NCBI GenBank assembly: GCA_015233115.1
Contig: JADFYJ010000001.1
Coordinates: 3,084 to 67,083, forward strand
Source of the DNA: Candidatus Omnitrophota bacterium
GTDB taxonomy: Bacteria; Omnitrophota; Gorgyraeia; Zapsychrales; Zapsychraceae
Direction: 5' to 3'
DNA length: 64,000 bases
The translations under genes were made by a program, and so were the position numbers. A model generated the notes under the pieces. It did no database searches and was not told the origin of the DNA. It was given only the letters and a program-made list of their open reading frames with translations. Within the stretch, counting starts at the first letter, position 1, and each line of letters starts with the position of its first letter. Positions 38,543 to 48,189 of this stretch are shown one piece after another.

Positions 38543-39531
38543 AATTAGTGCTGATTGGAACAAGTCATAAAAGAGCGCCTTTGGCGATGCGGGAAAAATT
38601 TAGTTTTTCGGGCGAGAAGTTGGGGCAGTATTATGCTCGTCTTAAGAGCTATCCTGACGTGCGTGAGGCGTTTATTTTGTCGACTTGCAATCGGGTTGAA
38701 ATATATGGAGTTGGGCAGGATGCTGTTGTTGTCGCTGATCAGTTAAAGAAATTTTTGCGTGAAGTGCATGGGATGAATTCGGCTTCATGGGAAGAACATT
38801 TTTATAATAAGACAAATAAAGATGCGCTCGAACATCTTTTACGAGTAGCTAGCGGCCTTGATTCTATGGTAATCGGTGAGCCGGAGATTATTGGACAAAT
38901 TAGAAAAGCCTATGATCAAGCTTGTATGGCCGGCGTGATTGGCTCGTATCTTCATAAAGCTTTGCAAGATTGCCTACAAGTCGGGAAAAAAGTGCGCAGT
39001 TCTACCGGCATATCTCGCGGAGTAACGTCAGTTTCAGGTGTAGTTGTTGAATTATTGAAAAAACAATCTAATCTTAAAGATAAAAAAGTTTTGGTCATCG
39101 GCGCGGGTAAAATCGGCGCTATGACTGTGGTGAAATTAGCAGATCTTCTTATTGGTGAAATTATAGTGATGAACCGTGACATGACTAGGATGGCAGATTT
39201 CGAGCATATTACGAATATGCGGCCGGCAGAATTTTGCGCGCTTAAAGATGAAATTTTAATCGCGGATATTGTCATTGCCGCGACAGCTTCAATGAAATAT
39301 CTTTTGGATCGCGACTTAATTAAAGAGGCGTTTTTGACCCGGAAAAATGATTTGCTTTTGGTTGATTTAGGCGTGCCCCGCAATATTGATGAAACCACCC
39401 GGCAAATCACTGGCGTGACGCTTTATAACATTGATGATTTAGCCCCGATTGTGGATGAGACCATGCGGTACCGGACTCAAGAAGCCGAAAAAGCCGAAGA
39501 AATTATTCAAGGTAAATTGGCATTTATGTAG
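38539..39531 (+). CDS. hemA: Glutamyl-tRNA reductase (short, lacks most of the C-terminal dimerisation domain)
   Basis: LSTCNRVEIY, GLDSMVIGE..I.GQ, GAGKIG, DLGVPRNI. Confidence 0.93.
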   Translation: MKLVLIGTSHKRAPLAMREKFSFSGEKLGQYYARLKSYPDVREAFILSTCNRVEIYGVGQDAVVVADQLKKFLREVHGMNSASWEEHFYNKTNKDALEHLLRVASGLDSMVIGEPEIIGQIRKAYDQACMAGVIGSYLHKALQDCLQVGKKVRSSTGISRGVTSVSGVVVELLKKQSNLKDKKVLVIGAGKIGAMTVVKLADLLIGEIIVMNRDMTRMADFEHITNMRPAEFCALKDEILIADIVIAATASMKYLLDRDLIKEAFLTRKNDLLLVDLGVPRNIDETTRQITGVTLYNIDDLAPIVDETMRYRTQEAEKAEEIIQGKLAFM

Positions 39532-39539
39532 AACATAAA

Positions 39540-39657
39540 GCGCGCGGTTGGGCGGTTTGCATTTAAACCGAATCCTTCGCTCAAACAGCAGCTCCTAAGC
39601 GGAGCTGAACTCGCTCGGTGATTCGGTTTCAACGCCAACCTTGTATTTTGGCACGCG
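39540..39657 (+). repeat. ~118-bp dispersed structured element, copy 3
   Basis: Same sequence family; fills the hemA-hemC gap. Confidence 0.9.
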
Positions 39658-39667
39658 GTTAGAAATT

Positions 39668-40558
39668 ATGAGATCAATTACTTTTGGAATACGAAAAAGT
39701 GTTTTAGCTCGCCGGCAAATGGACGAGTTTATCGCGTATTTGGGAAAGAATAATATTACGTTTGATTATTCGGTCAAAATTATTCAGACGGCAGGTGATC
39801 AGGATCAGAAGTCGCCGGTTTCGCAAATGGGGCAGGGAATTTTTACGAAAGAAATTGAGCGCGCGATTCTGAACAAGGAAATTGATTGCGCGGTACATAG
39901 CCTTAAAGATATGCCGGTTAAAACGGAAAAAGGGACTTTGCTGACTTTTTGTGGTGGTCGAGAAGATGTTCGTGATTGTCTGGTAGTTCGAGCAGGTATA
40001 TCGGCTGATCATTTAAATAATTTGCGTATAGGAACAGGCAGTCCGCGGCGGATCGCTTTTTTAAAAGAGTTAGATCCATCCGTTAATATATTGCCCATTC
40101 GAGGGAATGTTGACACTCGTTTACGGAAATTGGATTTAGGCGAATACGACGCCATTGTTTTGGCTGCGTGCGGTTTGAAACGTTTAGGATATGGAAACCG
40201 GATCAATCGCTATTTTGACCCGGACACTTTTGTTCCTGCTGCTGGTCAGGGTGTTGTTTGCGGTCAGACGCGGGAAGATGATGTAGAATTAATCAAGGTA
40301 TTGAAAAAATGTGTTTCGCCTGTAACGGAACAAATAGTCAAAGCGGAACGAAAAGTATTGGAAGCTTTAGGCGTCGGATGTCAAACTCCGTTCGGCGTCT
40401 ATGCTCGTTTTGAAGGTGAGACATTTATTATATCTGCCAAGTTGTATGCAGAACATAACCAAACTTTTATGACAGAACGTAAAACGGGAAATAAAGATGA
40501 TTTTGAAAAAGCTACGGATGAATTGATTGAAAATCTTAAACGAAAAATAAAGGATTAA
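39668..40558 (+). CDS. hemC: Hydroxymethylbilane synthase
   Basis: GIFTKEIE, AVHSLKD, GTGSPRR, RGNVDTRL, GCQTP. Confidence 0.95.
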   Translation: MRSITFGIRKSVLARRQMDEFIAYLGKNNITFDYSVKIIQTAGDQDQKSPVSQMGQGIFTKEIERAILNKEIDCAVHSLKDMPVKTEKGTLLTFCGGREDVRDCLVVRAGISADHLNNLRIGTGSPRRIAFLKELDPSVNILPIRGNVDTRLRKLDLGEYDAIVLAACGLKRLGYGNRINRYFDPDTFVPAAGQGVVCGQTREDDVELIKVLKKCVSPVTEQIVKAERKVLEALGVGCQTPFGVYARFEGETFIISAKLYAEHNQTFMTERKTGNKDDFEKATDELIENLKRKIKD

Positions 40559-40560
40559 AA

Positions 40561-40690
40561 GGTAGGGATGTGTGCAATGGGCGTCGTTTCAACCAAGTCC
40601 TTCGCTCAAACAGCAGCTCCTAAGCGGAGCTGAACTCGCTCGGGGACTTGGTTTTCACTCTGCCTGAGCAAGCGCAAGGTTTGTGGCATG
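40561..40690 (+). repeat. ~118-bp element, divergent copy 4
   Basis: Core aaccaagtccttcgctcaaacagcagctcctaagcggagctgaactcgctcggggacttggtt. Confidence 0.8.
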
Positions 40691-40716
40691 CAAACTAAAA
40701 TTTAGAAAATAAAGCT

Positions 40717-42222
40717 ATGAATAAAGTAATTAAATTAGGAAAGGTTTATCTCGTCGGTGCTGGTCCTGGTGACCCTGGTCTTATCACTGTTAAGGCACTC
40801 GCCTGCGTTCAGACTGCTGACGTGATTTTGTATGATAAATTGATTGACACCAGCATATTAAAATATTGTAAAACTGGCGCGGTCATCAAATATGTCGGTA
40901 AAGAAAAAGGGAAGATCTTACAGCAAGAAGCGATCAATGAGTTGTTGCTAGGGTATGCTCGTGAAGGTAAAACTGTAGCGCGGCTTAAAGGCGGAGACCC
41001 GTTTATTTTTGGCCGCGGGCAGGAAGAAATGATTTTTCTGAAAAGTTATGGTATTGACTGTGAAGTGATACCGGGTGTGAGTTCATTTTATGCTGTTCCT
41101 GAAGTGTGTGGCATCCCGCTCACCCATCGGGACATTTCCAGCGGATTTATGGTATTAACCGGGCATGAAAAGCCGGGTAAAAATGTTGAAAATGTTGAAT
41201 GGAAGCATGCGGCTAAATTTCAAGGCACGATTGTAATAATGATGGGATTGTCAAATCTGGCTGAGCTTACGGCTAAATTGCTTAAATATGGGAAAGACGG
41301 TAGAACTTTGGCAGCGGTTATTGCGCATGGATCCACCCCCCAACAGGAAGTTGTAGTTGGGACGCTGGCAGATATTGCGTATAAATCCCGGAATTTCAGT
41401 TCTCCGGCTATTTGTGTCATTGGCTCTGTGGTGAAAGTTGGTTTCGCCTTAAATCCGGATTTAAAACCGCTTTTGAATAAACGCTATTTATCTACGGCGA
41501 GTGAAGATCTTAACCGGGATTTGTCAGCTATTTTAGAACGATGGGGCGCTAAAGTGGAATGTTTGCCTATGATTCGAATTGAAGAAAATTCTGATACTGT
41601 TTTGATGGATCAAATTATTGCGGATCCTAAAAAGTTTGACTGGCTGGTTTTTACATCGCGACATGGCGTTCAGTATTTTTTTAAAAGATTTTATGTGTTA
41701 AAAGGGAAAATAGGAAGTTTGAAGGGACGAGTGGCATGCGTCGGGACAGGTACAGCCAAAGAATTCTCTAAATGTGGAATACAACCGGATTTGATGCCTG
41801 CCATATTTACAACCAAAGACTTGGGTTTGGCTTTATTGGAAAAAGGCGTTAAAGGGAAAAAATTAGCTTTAATCCGCACGCAGATGGACAAGGATCCTTT
41901 AAAGAAAATGTTGAAGAAAGCCGGTGCTGATATCACAGATTGTTTTGCTTACAACGTCGCGGATACCAATGATAAAACAGCATTAAAAAACGCGGTTATG
42001 CAAAAACCCGACGGTATTTTCTTTTTAAGCCCTAGATCTGTGCGGGTATTTTTTGAACTGCTGTCAACTAAAGATCTTGAACCAGTTAAAAAATCGAGTT
42101 TATTTTTTTCAATCGGTACAGTCACAACTCAGGCATTAAAAAAACAGGGTGTTAAAAATGTTATACCTGCTAAAGAACATACAGTACAGGGGTTGGTAGA
42201 ACTCTGTTTAGGAGGAAACTAA
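40717..42222 (+). CDS. cobA: Uroporphyrinogen-III C-methyltransferase / uroporphyrinogen-III synthase fusion (CobA-HemD)
   Basis: GAGPGDPGLIT, RLKGGDPFIFGRG; second half WLVFTS, VG..TA, F.SP, IG..T. Confidence 0.93.
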   Translation: MNKVIKLGKVYLVGAGPGDPGLITVKALACVQTADVILYDKLIDTSILKYCKTGAVIKYVGKEKGKILQQEAINELLLGYAREGKTVARLKGGDPFIFGRGQEEMIFLKSYGIDCEVIPGVSSFYAVPEVCGIPLTHRDISSGFMVLTGHEKPGKNVENVEWKHAAKFQGTIVIMMGLSNLAELTAKLLKYGKDGRTLAAVIAHGSTPQQEVVVGTLADIAYKSRNFSSPAICVIGSVVKVGFALNPDLKPLLNKRYLSTASEDLNRDLSAILERWGAKVECLPMIRIEENSDTVLMDQIIADPKKFDWLVFTSRHGVQYFFKRFYVLKGKIGSLKGRVACVGTGTAKEFSKCGIQPDLMPAIFTTKDLGLALLEKGVKGKKLALIRTQMDKDPLKKMLKKAGADITDCFAYNVADTNDKTALKNAVMQKPDGIFFLSPRSVRVFFELLSTKDLEPVKKSSLFFSIGTVTTQALKKQGVKNVIPAKEHTVQGLVELCLGGN

Positions 42223-43328
42223 TGATTCCATGTAGTAAAATCATGCGCGGTGAGCGTAGTGTTCATAATGAACGGAAAACCGGGCCGCTTTTTGTTTGGA
42301 ACGTGATTAGCCGATGTAACCTTTTGTGCAGTCATTGTTATCGTGATTCACAGGCCGGTATGGAAGCGCCTGATCTGTCTGATGAAAAATGTTTAGAATT
42401 AGTCAGCCAGATTAAAGCTGTCAATCCGCCGATCGTGCTTTTGACCGGAGGGGAACCGCTTTTAAGAAAAAATATTTTTGATTTGATCAAAGAATGCAAG
42501 AATCAAGGTTTACGGGTCGGGCTTTCCACCAATGGCACCTTAATAGACAAAAGTATGGCACAAAAAATCAGCCAAGCCGGAGTTGATTATGTAGGGATCA
42601 GTATTGACGGGAAAAAAGAACATCATGATGTGTTCCGCGGATCAAAAGGTGCGTATGATGCCAGCTGGGCAGGGCTCAAGATATTAAATGAGTTAGGCGT
42701 TAAAACCGGTGTGCGTTTTACTTTGACTGCTGCTAACAGTGGCGATCTTATGGACATTCTGGAAAAAACCGTAGCTAGCGGATGTAAACGTTTTTGCCTG
42801 TATCATTTGGTCTATGCCGGCCGCGCGTCTAAAGATTTGGATATGACTGTCAAAGCGAAGCGGGACATTTTAAAAATATTTTTTACAAAAGTAAAAGAGT
42901 TATCCGCGAAAGATCCGAGTTTTGATGTGTTGACCACAGATAATCCGGCAGATGGAATTTTTATGTCAAAGATTATTGATGATGGCGAAGCGGCCATGTC
43001 CTGCATAATGGCGCACGGTGGCTGTTCAGCCGGTGACCGGGTGGTATATCTGGATTCAACCGGTGATGTTTATCCTTGCCAGTTTTTGCGCGATCATTCG
43101 TTGGGTAATGTGAAAGATCAGACATTTTTAGAAATATGGGAAAATCATAGCAATGAATTTTTACAGCAGTTAAGGAATAAAAAAGGATTGTTGCAAGGTG
43201 TTTGCGGTGAATGTGCGCACAAAGGCATTTGCGGCGGATGCCGCGCCCGTGCCAAAGCTTTTCACGGTTCCCTATGGGCAGAAGATCCGGCATGCTATTT
43301 GAATGAAAATGAAAAAAATGGTGTCTGA
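42222..43328 (+). CDS. ahbC: Radical SAM Fe-coproporphyrin synthase (AhbC/NirJ1-like)
   Basis: VWN...CNL.C.HCY, FCLYHLVYAGRA, VLTTDN.ADG, SPASM domain. Confidence 0.85.
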   Translation: MIPCSKIMRGERSVHNERKTGPLFVWNVISRCNLLCSHCYRDSQAGMEAPDLSDEKCLELVSQIKAVNPPIVLLTGGEPLLRKNIFDLIKECKNQGLRVGLSTNGTLIDKSMAQKISQAGVDYVGISIDGKKEHHDVFRGSKGAYDASWAGLKILNELGVKTGVRFTLTAANSGDLMDILEKTVASGCKRFCLYHLVYAGRASKDLDMTVKAKRDILKIFFTKVKELSAKDPSFDVLTTDNPADGIFMSKIIDDGEAAMSCIMAHGGCSAGDRVVYLDSTGDVYPCQFLRDHSLGNVKDQTFLEIWENHSNEFLQQLRNKKGLLQGVCGECAHKGICGGCRARAKAFHGSLWAEDPACYLNENEKNGV

Positions 43329-43419
43329 TCTCGATTGGAAATTGACGCCAAGCATTTAACCGGCGATAATTTTTTCTTTCGAGCAATTTGTTTCAAGTCG
43401 AGATCTGACACCATTTTTT
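43313..43419. repeat. AAAAAATGGTGTC...GACACCATTTTTT hairpin element, copy 1
   Basis: ~25-bp terminal inverted repeat containing the ahbC stop; second copy at 56344. Confidence 0.8.
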
Positions 43420-43424
43420 ATAAA

Positions 43425-43542
43425 GCGCGCGGTAGGGCGGTTTGCATTTAAACCAAATCATTCGCTCAAACAGCAGCTCCGAAGCGGAGCTGAACTCGCT
43501 CGGTGATTTGGTTTCAACGCTAACCTTGGATTTGGGCACGCG
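43425..43542 (+). repeat. ~118-bp dispersed structured element, copy 5
   Basis: Same family; hairpin loop GAAGC. Confidence 0.9.
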
Positions 43543-43580
43543 GTTAATGAAATGTTTTTAAAAATTTATGAGAATTAATT

Positions 43581-44549
43581 ATGACTAATCATATGCCTAC
43601 CCGATTAAGACGTTCAGTCTCCATTCGGAATCTTGTCCGTGAGACTCGATTGGCTAAAGAAAATTTGGTCATGCCTTTGTTTTTTAAAGAAGGGAAGGGC
43701 GTTGAACCGATTGAGTCTATGCCGGGCATTGGTAAAATGTCACAGGACGCGCTTTTAAAAGAAGTTGAAAAACTGCAAAAGGCTGGGATCAAATCTATTT
43801 TGTTGTTTGGGTCAACCTCTTGCAAGGATGCGGATGGCACTTTAAGTTATGATGAAAAAAGTCCTTTTCATACGACGTTGCGCGCGATTAGAAAAGCCAG
43901 TGATATGGTGATTATCGCGGATGTTTGTTTGTGCGCGTACACGGATCACGGACATTGCGGTGTTTTGACGGCAGGTCCTAAAAATCGACGGATTGATAAT
44001 GCGAAAACTTTAGAGACTTTTGCGAAAGTGGCGGTATCTTATGCGAAGGCCGGTGTTGACATGGTGGCACCGTCAGCTATGGCAGATGGGCAAGTGAAAG
44101 CGCTCCGTACGGCATTAGATAAAAATGGATGTTCTCAAACTTTGATTATGAGCTATGCCGTTAAATATGCGTCGAGCTTTTATGGGCCGTTCCGGGATAT
44201 TTATGATTCCTCTCCTGAATTTGGTGACAGGAAAACCTATCAAATGGATCCGGGCAATAAACGTGAAGCTTTGCGGGAAGCATTGTTGGATGTGAAAGAA
44301 GGCGCGGATATTATCATGGTTAAACCGGCTTTGACATATTTGGACATAATCAGCGCGGTGCGTGAAAAGGTGAATGTCCCGGTCGCCGCGTACAATGTGA
44401 GCGGGGAATATTCCATGATCAAAGCGGCAGGTTTAAAAGGCTGGCTGGATGAGAAATCCGCAGCTTTGGAAATTTTGACGTCTATCAAACGCGCAGGCGC
44501 GGATATGATTATTACGTATTGGGCCAAGGAGGCAGCCGCGTGGATTTAA
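43581..44549 (+). CDS. hemB: Porphobilinogen synthase (Zn-type)
   Basis: DVCLCAYTDHGHCG, FYGPFRD, MVKPA, AYNVSGEY. Confidence 0.97.
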   Translation: MTNHMPTRLRRSVSIRNLVRETRLAKENLVMPLFFKEGKGVEPIESMPGIGKMSQDALLKEVEKLQKAGIKSILLFGSTSCKDADGTLSYDEKSPFHTTLRAIRKASDMVIIADVCLCAYTDHGHCGVLTAGPKNRRIDNAKTLETFAKVAVSYAKAGVDMVAPSAMADGQVKALRTALDKNGCSQTLIMSYAVKYASSFYGPFRDIYDSSPEFGDRKTYQMDPGNKREALREALLDVKEGADIIMVKPALTYLDIISAVREKVNVPVAAYNVSGEYSMIKAAGLKGWLDEKSAALEILTSIKRAGADMIITYWAKEAAAWI

Positions 44550-45544
44550 AACCCAGAATTATTTTTTGGGAAACAACAAATCAATGCAATTTGCAATGCT
44601 GTCATTGCCGGATGTCAAAAAACAAATCCGGTATAGAGCTGAATACGGCTGAAGCGTTTAAATTTATTAAAGAGCTGAAAGATAACTTTGGGCCGGTTAT
44701 TTTAGTGCTGAGCGGAGGGGAACCGCTATTGCGGACAGATATTTTTGATATCATTGCCTTTGCTAAAGAACAGGGAATAACGACTGCGTTGGCAACGAAT
44801 GGGACCCTTCTGGGCCTTGAACAAGCATTGAAATTAAAAGCATTGGGGATCAATCGGGTGAGTTTGAGCCTTGATTCTGTCATAGAAAAAATACATGACG
44901 CGGCTCGTGGGTGTTTAGGGGCTTTTAAAAAGACTAACGATGCTGCTGATATTTTGCACCAACAGGGCATTCCGTTTCAAATTAATTATACGGTGACTAA
45001 GGCGAATAAAAACGATCTGCGTGCTGTTGCTGAATTGGCTTTGTCCATTGGCGCGTGTGCTGTGCATTATTTTATTTTGGTTCCGGTGGGCTGCGGCAAA
45101 GAAATTGAAAAAGAAGCTATGCTGGACGCGGAAGATAATGAGCAAGTATTAGGCATAATCAAAGGTCTGGCCGAAGAATTTTCAATTGAGATCCGCCCAA
45201 CTTGTGCGCCTCAATACGCACGTCTGGTTCGACGCGCTTCGCTTGCTCACCATAGTATGGCGAGCGGATGTTTGGCAGGCACAGGGACGTTTTTTATTTC
45301 ATCGTATGGTGACATTTATCCGTGCGGATATTTACCGGTTAAGGCTGGATCAATTCGCGAAAGTTCCATAGCAGAAATTTGGCAAAATTCGCTAGTATTT
45401 AATAATTTACGAACCAATGATCTTAAAGGCGGTTGTTCAACTTGCGGTGTAAAAGAAAAGTGCAGAGGATGCAGAGCCAGAGCCTATGGCGTGACCGGAG
45501 ATTATATGGCCGGTGATGTGACGTGCGTTTTATCAAAGCGTTAA
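44540..45544 (+). CDS. ahbD: Radical SAM heme b synthase (AhbD/NirJ2-like); likely GTG start at 44540
   Basis: IFWETT..CNL.C.HCR, LVPVGCG, PTCAPQY.R, GCLAG, PCGYL. Confidence 0.85.
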   Translation: MDLKPRIIFWETTNQCNLQCCHCRMSKNKSGIELNTAEAFKFIKELKDNFGPVILVLSGGEPLLRTDIFDIIAFAKEQGITTALATNGTLLGLEQALKLKALGINRVSLSLDSVIEKIHDAARGCLGAFKKTNDAADILHQQGIPFQINYTVTKANKNDLRAVAELALSIGACAVHYFILVPVGCGKEIEKEAMLDAEDNEQVLGIIKGLAEEFSIEIRPTCAPQYARLVRRASLAHHSMASGCLAGTGTFFISSYGDIYPCGYLPVKAGSIRESSIAEIWQNSLVFNNLRTNDLKGGCSTCGVKEKCRGCRARAYGVTGDYMAGDVTCVLSKR

Positions 45545-45551
45545 TTTTGAC

Positions 45552-45641
45552 GCAGGCGATCAGGAGATCGCCCCTACGAAAAATGCGTTGTTTTAATAAT
45601 ATCATCGCGGTTGTACGGGCGATCTCCCGATCGCCCGTAAC
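45552..45641. repeat. GTAG-type REP pair with GTAG ends facing inward
   Basis: ggcgatcaggagatcgcccctac ... gtacgggcgatctcccgatcgcccgtaac. Confidence 0.85.
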
Positions 45642-45673
45642 AAAAGTATCGTTTTTGTTTTATTATAAAATTT

Positions 45674-46147
45674 ATGAGAAGCCTTTGTATGGACCCAAAA
45701 ACGACAGAAATTTTATCTGCTTTGCAGAATGGATTGCCTATATGTGCTCAACCTTTTCAAGCTTTAGCAGACCAAGTCGGGTTAACAGAACAGGATGTTA
45801 TTTCGCGGATTGAATGGCTGTGTAAAAATAAATATCTAAAACGGGTCGGTTTTAGCTTTAATACTCATAAACTCGGGTTGGTGAGTACGTTAGCGGCTTG
45901 TCAGATACCTAAAAACGATCTTAACCGCTGCCAAAAGGTTATCGCGGCATGCGGCAATATTACTCATAATTATTTGCGTAAACATAGTCTTAATATGTGG
46001 TTTACTGTTACAGCGCCATCGAAGAGCAAATTAGCGGTTATTTTAGATAAACTCAAACATGATTTAAAAATTGAGGAAATTATCAGTCTGCCTACAGAAA
46101 AATTATATAAACTGCGGTTCAAATTAAATGTTGAAAATGTTGAATAA
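45674..46147 (+). CDS. ahbA: Siroheme decarboxylase subunit (AhbA/NirD-like, Lrp/AsnC fold)
   Basis: LQ.GLP...PF..LA, STL.AC, THNYLR, NMWFT. Confidence 0.87.
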   Translation: MRSLCMDPKTTEILSALQNGLPICAQPFQALADQVGLTEQDVISRIEWLCKNKYLKRVGFSFNTHKLGLVSTLAACQIPKNDLNRCQKVIAACGNITHNYLRKHSLNMWFTVTAPSKSKLAVILDKLKHDLKIEEIISLPTEKLYKLRFKLNVENVE

Positions 46148-46622
46148 AAAAGAAAAGCAAATTATCGCGTATTTTTCCGTTCATGATCTTGAATTTTCTT
46201 CAAATCCGTTCGCGAAAGCGGCCAAGACTTTGGACTTGACCGAAGTTGAGCTTATTGATATACTTACGAACCTGCAAAAAAGCGGATTTATTAAGCATTT
46301 GAGCGGGGTGTTGAACCATCGAAAAAATGGTTATAAAGCTAACGCGTTAATCGCTTGGCGATTATATTTATCGTCTAAGAACGTGAAAAATAGTCAATTT
46401 ATTGACTTGATTATGGGTGACGATCGTATTTCTCATTTTTACCAGCGGACACCGGACAAGCTTTTTAAATATAATATATATTCTATGATGCACGCGAAGG
46501 CCAAAAAAGAAATTACTGATTTTGTTAAGAAAACATCCCGAGAATTTGACCTTGATTATGAGATTTTATTCACTGAAAAAGAACTTAAAAAAGAAAAACT
46601 TAACTTGGGGGAAATGCTATGA
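46128..46622 (+). CDS. ahbB: Siroheme decarboxylase subunit (AhbB/NirH-like)
   Basis: L.HRK.GY.ANAL.AW, SHFYQR, YNIYSM.H, LF...ELKK. Confidence 0.83.
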   Translation: MLKMLNKKEKQIIAYFSVHDLEFSSNPFAKAAKTLDLTEVELIDILTNLQKSGFIKHLSGVLNHRKNGYKANALIAWRLYLSSKNVKNSQFIDLIMGDDRISHFYQRTPDKLFKYNIYSMMHAKAKKEITDFVKKTSREFDLDYEILFTEKELKKEKLNLGEML

Positions 46623-47911
46623 TCGCGCTTAAGCATTCCAACAGGTTATTAAAACGCGGCGCGCAAAGTCTTATCGGCAGTGTGAATTCTCCGGTTCGCA
46701 GTTTTAAAGCTGTGAATACAGATATGCTATTTGCCCAAAAAGCTTATGGTCCATTTATTTGCGATATAGATGGCAATAAATATATTGATTATATTATGAG
46801 CTGGGGCGCGGCTATTTTAGGACATGCTTTTAAGCCTGTTGTTGATGAGGCAATTCTGGCTGTTAAAAATGGTTCGAGTTTTGGTTTAGCTACTGAACAG
46901 GAAATCCAACTAGCTGAAATTATCAAACGAAATTATTCTAGCATAGATAAAATTCGTTTTACTGCTTCTGGCACCGAAGCTTGCATGACCGCTGTGCGTT
47001 TAGCCCGCGCGTTTACCGGCAAAACGAAAATTATAAAATTCGACGGTTGTTATCATGGACACTTTGACAGTCTTTTAGTCAAAAGCGGTTCCGGAAATTT
47101 GACTTTGGGTATTCCGTCTGGCGAGGGGATTTTACCGGCCTATAGCCGCGATACTGTTTCAATTTCTTTTAATGATATTGAGCTTTTTAAAAAAGCTGTT
47201 GAAGTTAATAAAAAAGATTTGGCTTGCGTGATTGTTGAACCTGTTCCGTGTAATACCGGCGTCATTCTTCCGCAAACGGGATTTTTAAAAGCTTTAGCAA
47301 AGATTTGTAAAGATAATCAAGTTGTTTTGATATTTGATGAGGTGGTGACGGGTTTCCGGTTATCACTCAAAGGCGCCCAAGGATTGTTCGGGGTGAAGCC
47401 TGACTTAACGTGTTTTGGTAAAATTATCGGCGGTGGTTTTCCGATTGGCGCTGTTGCCGGACGAAAAGAAATTATGGATCTTTTAGCGCCGGTTGGCGGC
47501 GTTTATCAAGCCGGTACTTTTTCCGGGAATCCGGTGTCGATTTCAGCCGGGATCAAAGCGTTAGAATGTTTGGAAAAAAATAAAAAAATTTACATAGATC
47601 TTGAGCAGAAAACCGCTGCCTTGGTTTCGGTCATTAAACATGAAGCCGAAGCGAATGGTATTAAAGTGACGATCAACACCATAGGCTCGGTTTTTTCGAT
47701 TTTTTTTACTGATCACGAAGTAAGGTCATACGCGGATACGCTGGACGTGGACAAAGCATTTTACGCTGATTTTTTCGCGCAACTTTGTCAGGAAGGCGTG
47801 CTGTTTCCGCCGTCAGCATTTGAGGCCTGTTTTCTGTCACAAGCGCATAGTGACGCGGTGATTGGACAAACCGCTAAAGCTGTTAAAAAGATTTTTCGCA
47901 TGAGGAGATAG
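46619..47911 (+). CDS. hemL: Glutamate-1-semialdehyde aminomutase
   Basis: VNSPVR, SGTEA, FDGCYHGH, GKIIGGG, QAGTFSGNP. Confidence 0.97.
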   Translation: MIALKHSNRLLKRGAQSLIGSVNSPVRSFKAVNTDMLFAQKAYGPFICDIDGNKYIDYIMSWGAAILGHAFKPVVDEAILAVKNGSSFGLATEQEIQLAEIIKRNYSSIDKIRFTASGTEACMTAVRLARAFTGKTKIIKFDGCYHGHFDSLLVKSGSGNLTLGIPSGEGILPAYSRDTVSISFNDIELFKKAVEVNKKDLACVIVEPVPCNTGVILPQTGFLKALAKICKDNQVVLIFDEVVTGFRLSLKGAQGLFGVKPDLTCFGKIIGGGFPIGAVAGRKEIMDLLAPVGGVYQAGTFSGNPVSISAGIKALECLEKNKKIYIDLEQKTAALVSVIKHEAEANGIKVTINTIGSVFSIFFTDHEVRSYADTLDVDKAFYADFFAQLCQEGVLFPPSAFEACFLSQAHSDAVIGQTAKAVKKIFRMRR

Positions 47912-47913
47912 GT

Positions 47914-48189
47914 ATGAAAGCGTCAAGTGTATTTAAGATCATCGCGATATTTTTTGTGGTAATGCTAGCCGGTATGTTTATTTTTGAAAATATTGATCCT
48001 GTACCGATTTGGATTCCATTTTTTAAAGGCCGTCGTTTCGGGCTGATTTTTATTATTTTGGCTTCTTATATTTTGGGAGTGCTTACCGCAGTTTGGGTTA
48101 TGAAACGAATTGGCGCGAATATGAAAAAACAAATAAAATTGCGCGAATTGGCTGAAGAAGAAGAGGAGTTGTTTGAAGATGAAGCATAA
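47914..48189 (+). CDS. mamL: MamL-like (LapA/DUF1049-type) two-TM protein
   Basis: TM-EN..V.I-TM followed by basic then acidic tail; overlaps the mamM start. Confidence 0.55.
   Translation: MKASSVFKIIAIFFVVMLAGMFIFENIDPVPIWIPFFKGRRFGLIFIILASYILGVLTAVWVMKRIGANMKKQIKLRELAEEEEELFEDEA

Noticed and set aside
45523-45813. 96-aa ORF between ahbD and ahbA
   Set aside because: Reads through the REP pair and overlaps both neighbours.
42222-46622. Heme d1 (nir) biosynthesis
   Set aside because: No nirS/nirF/nirN. Two radical SAM genes plus ahbAB fit the Ahb heme b route.
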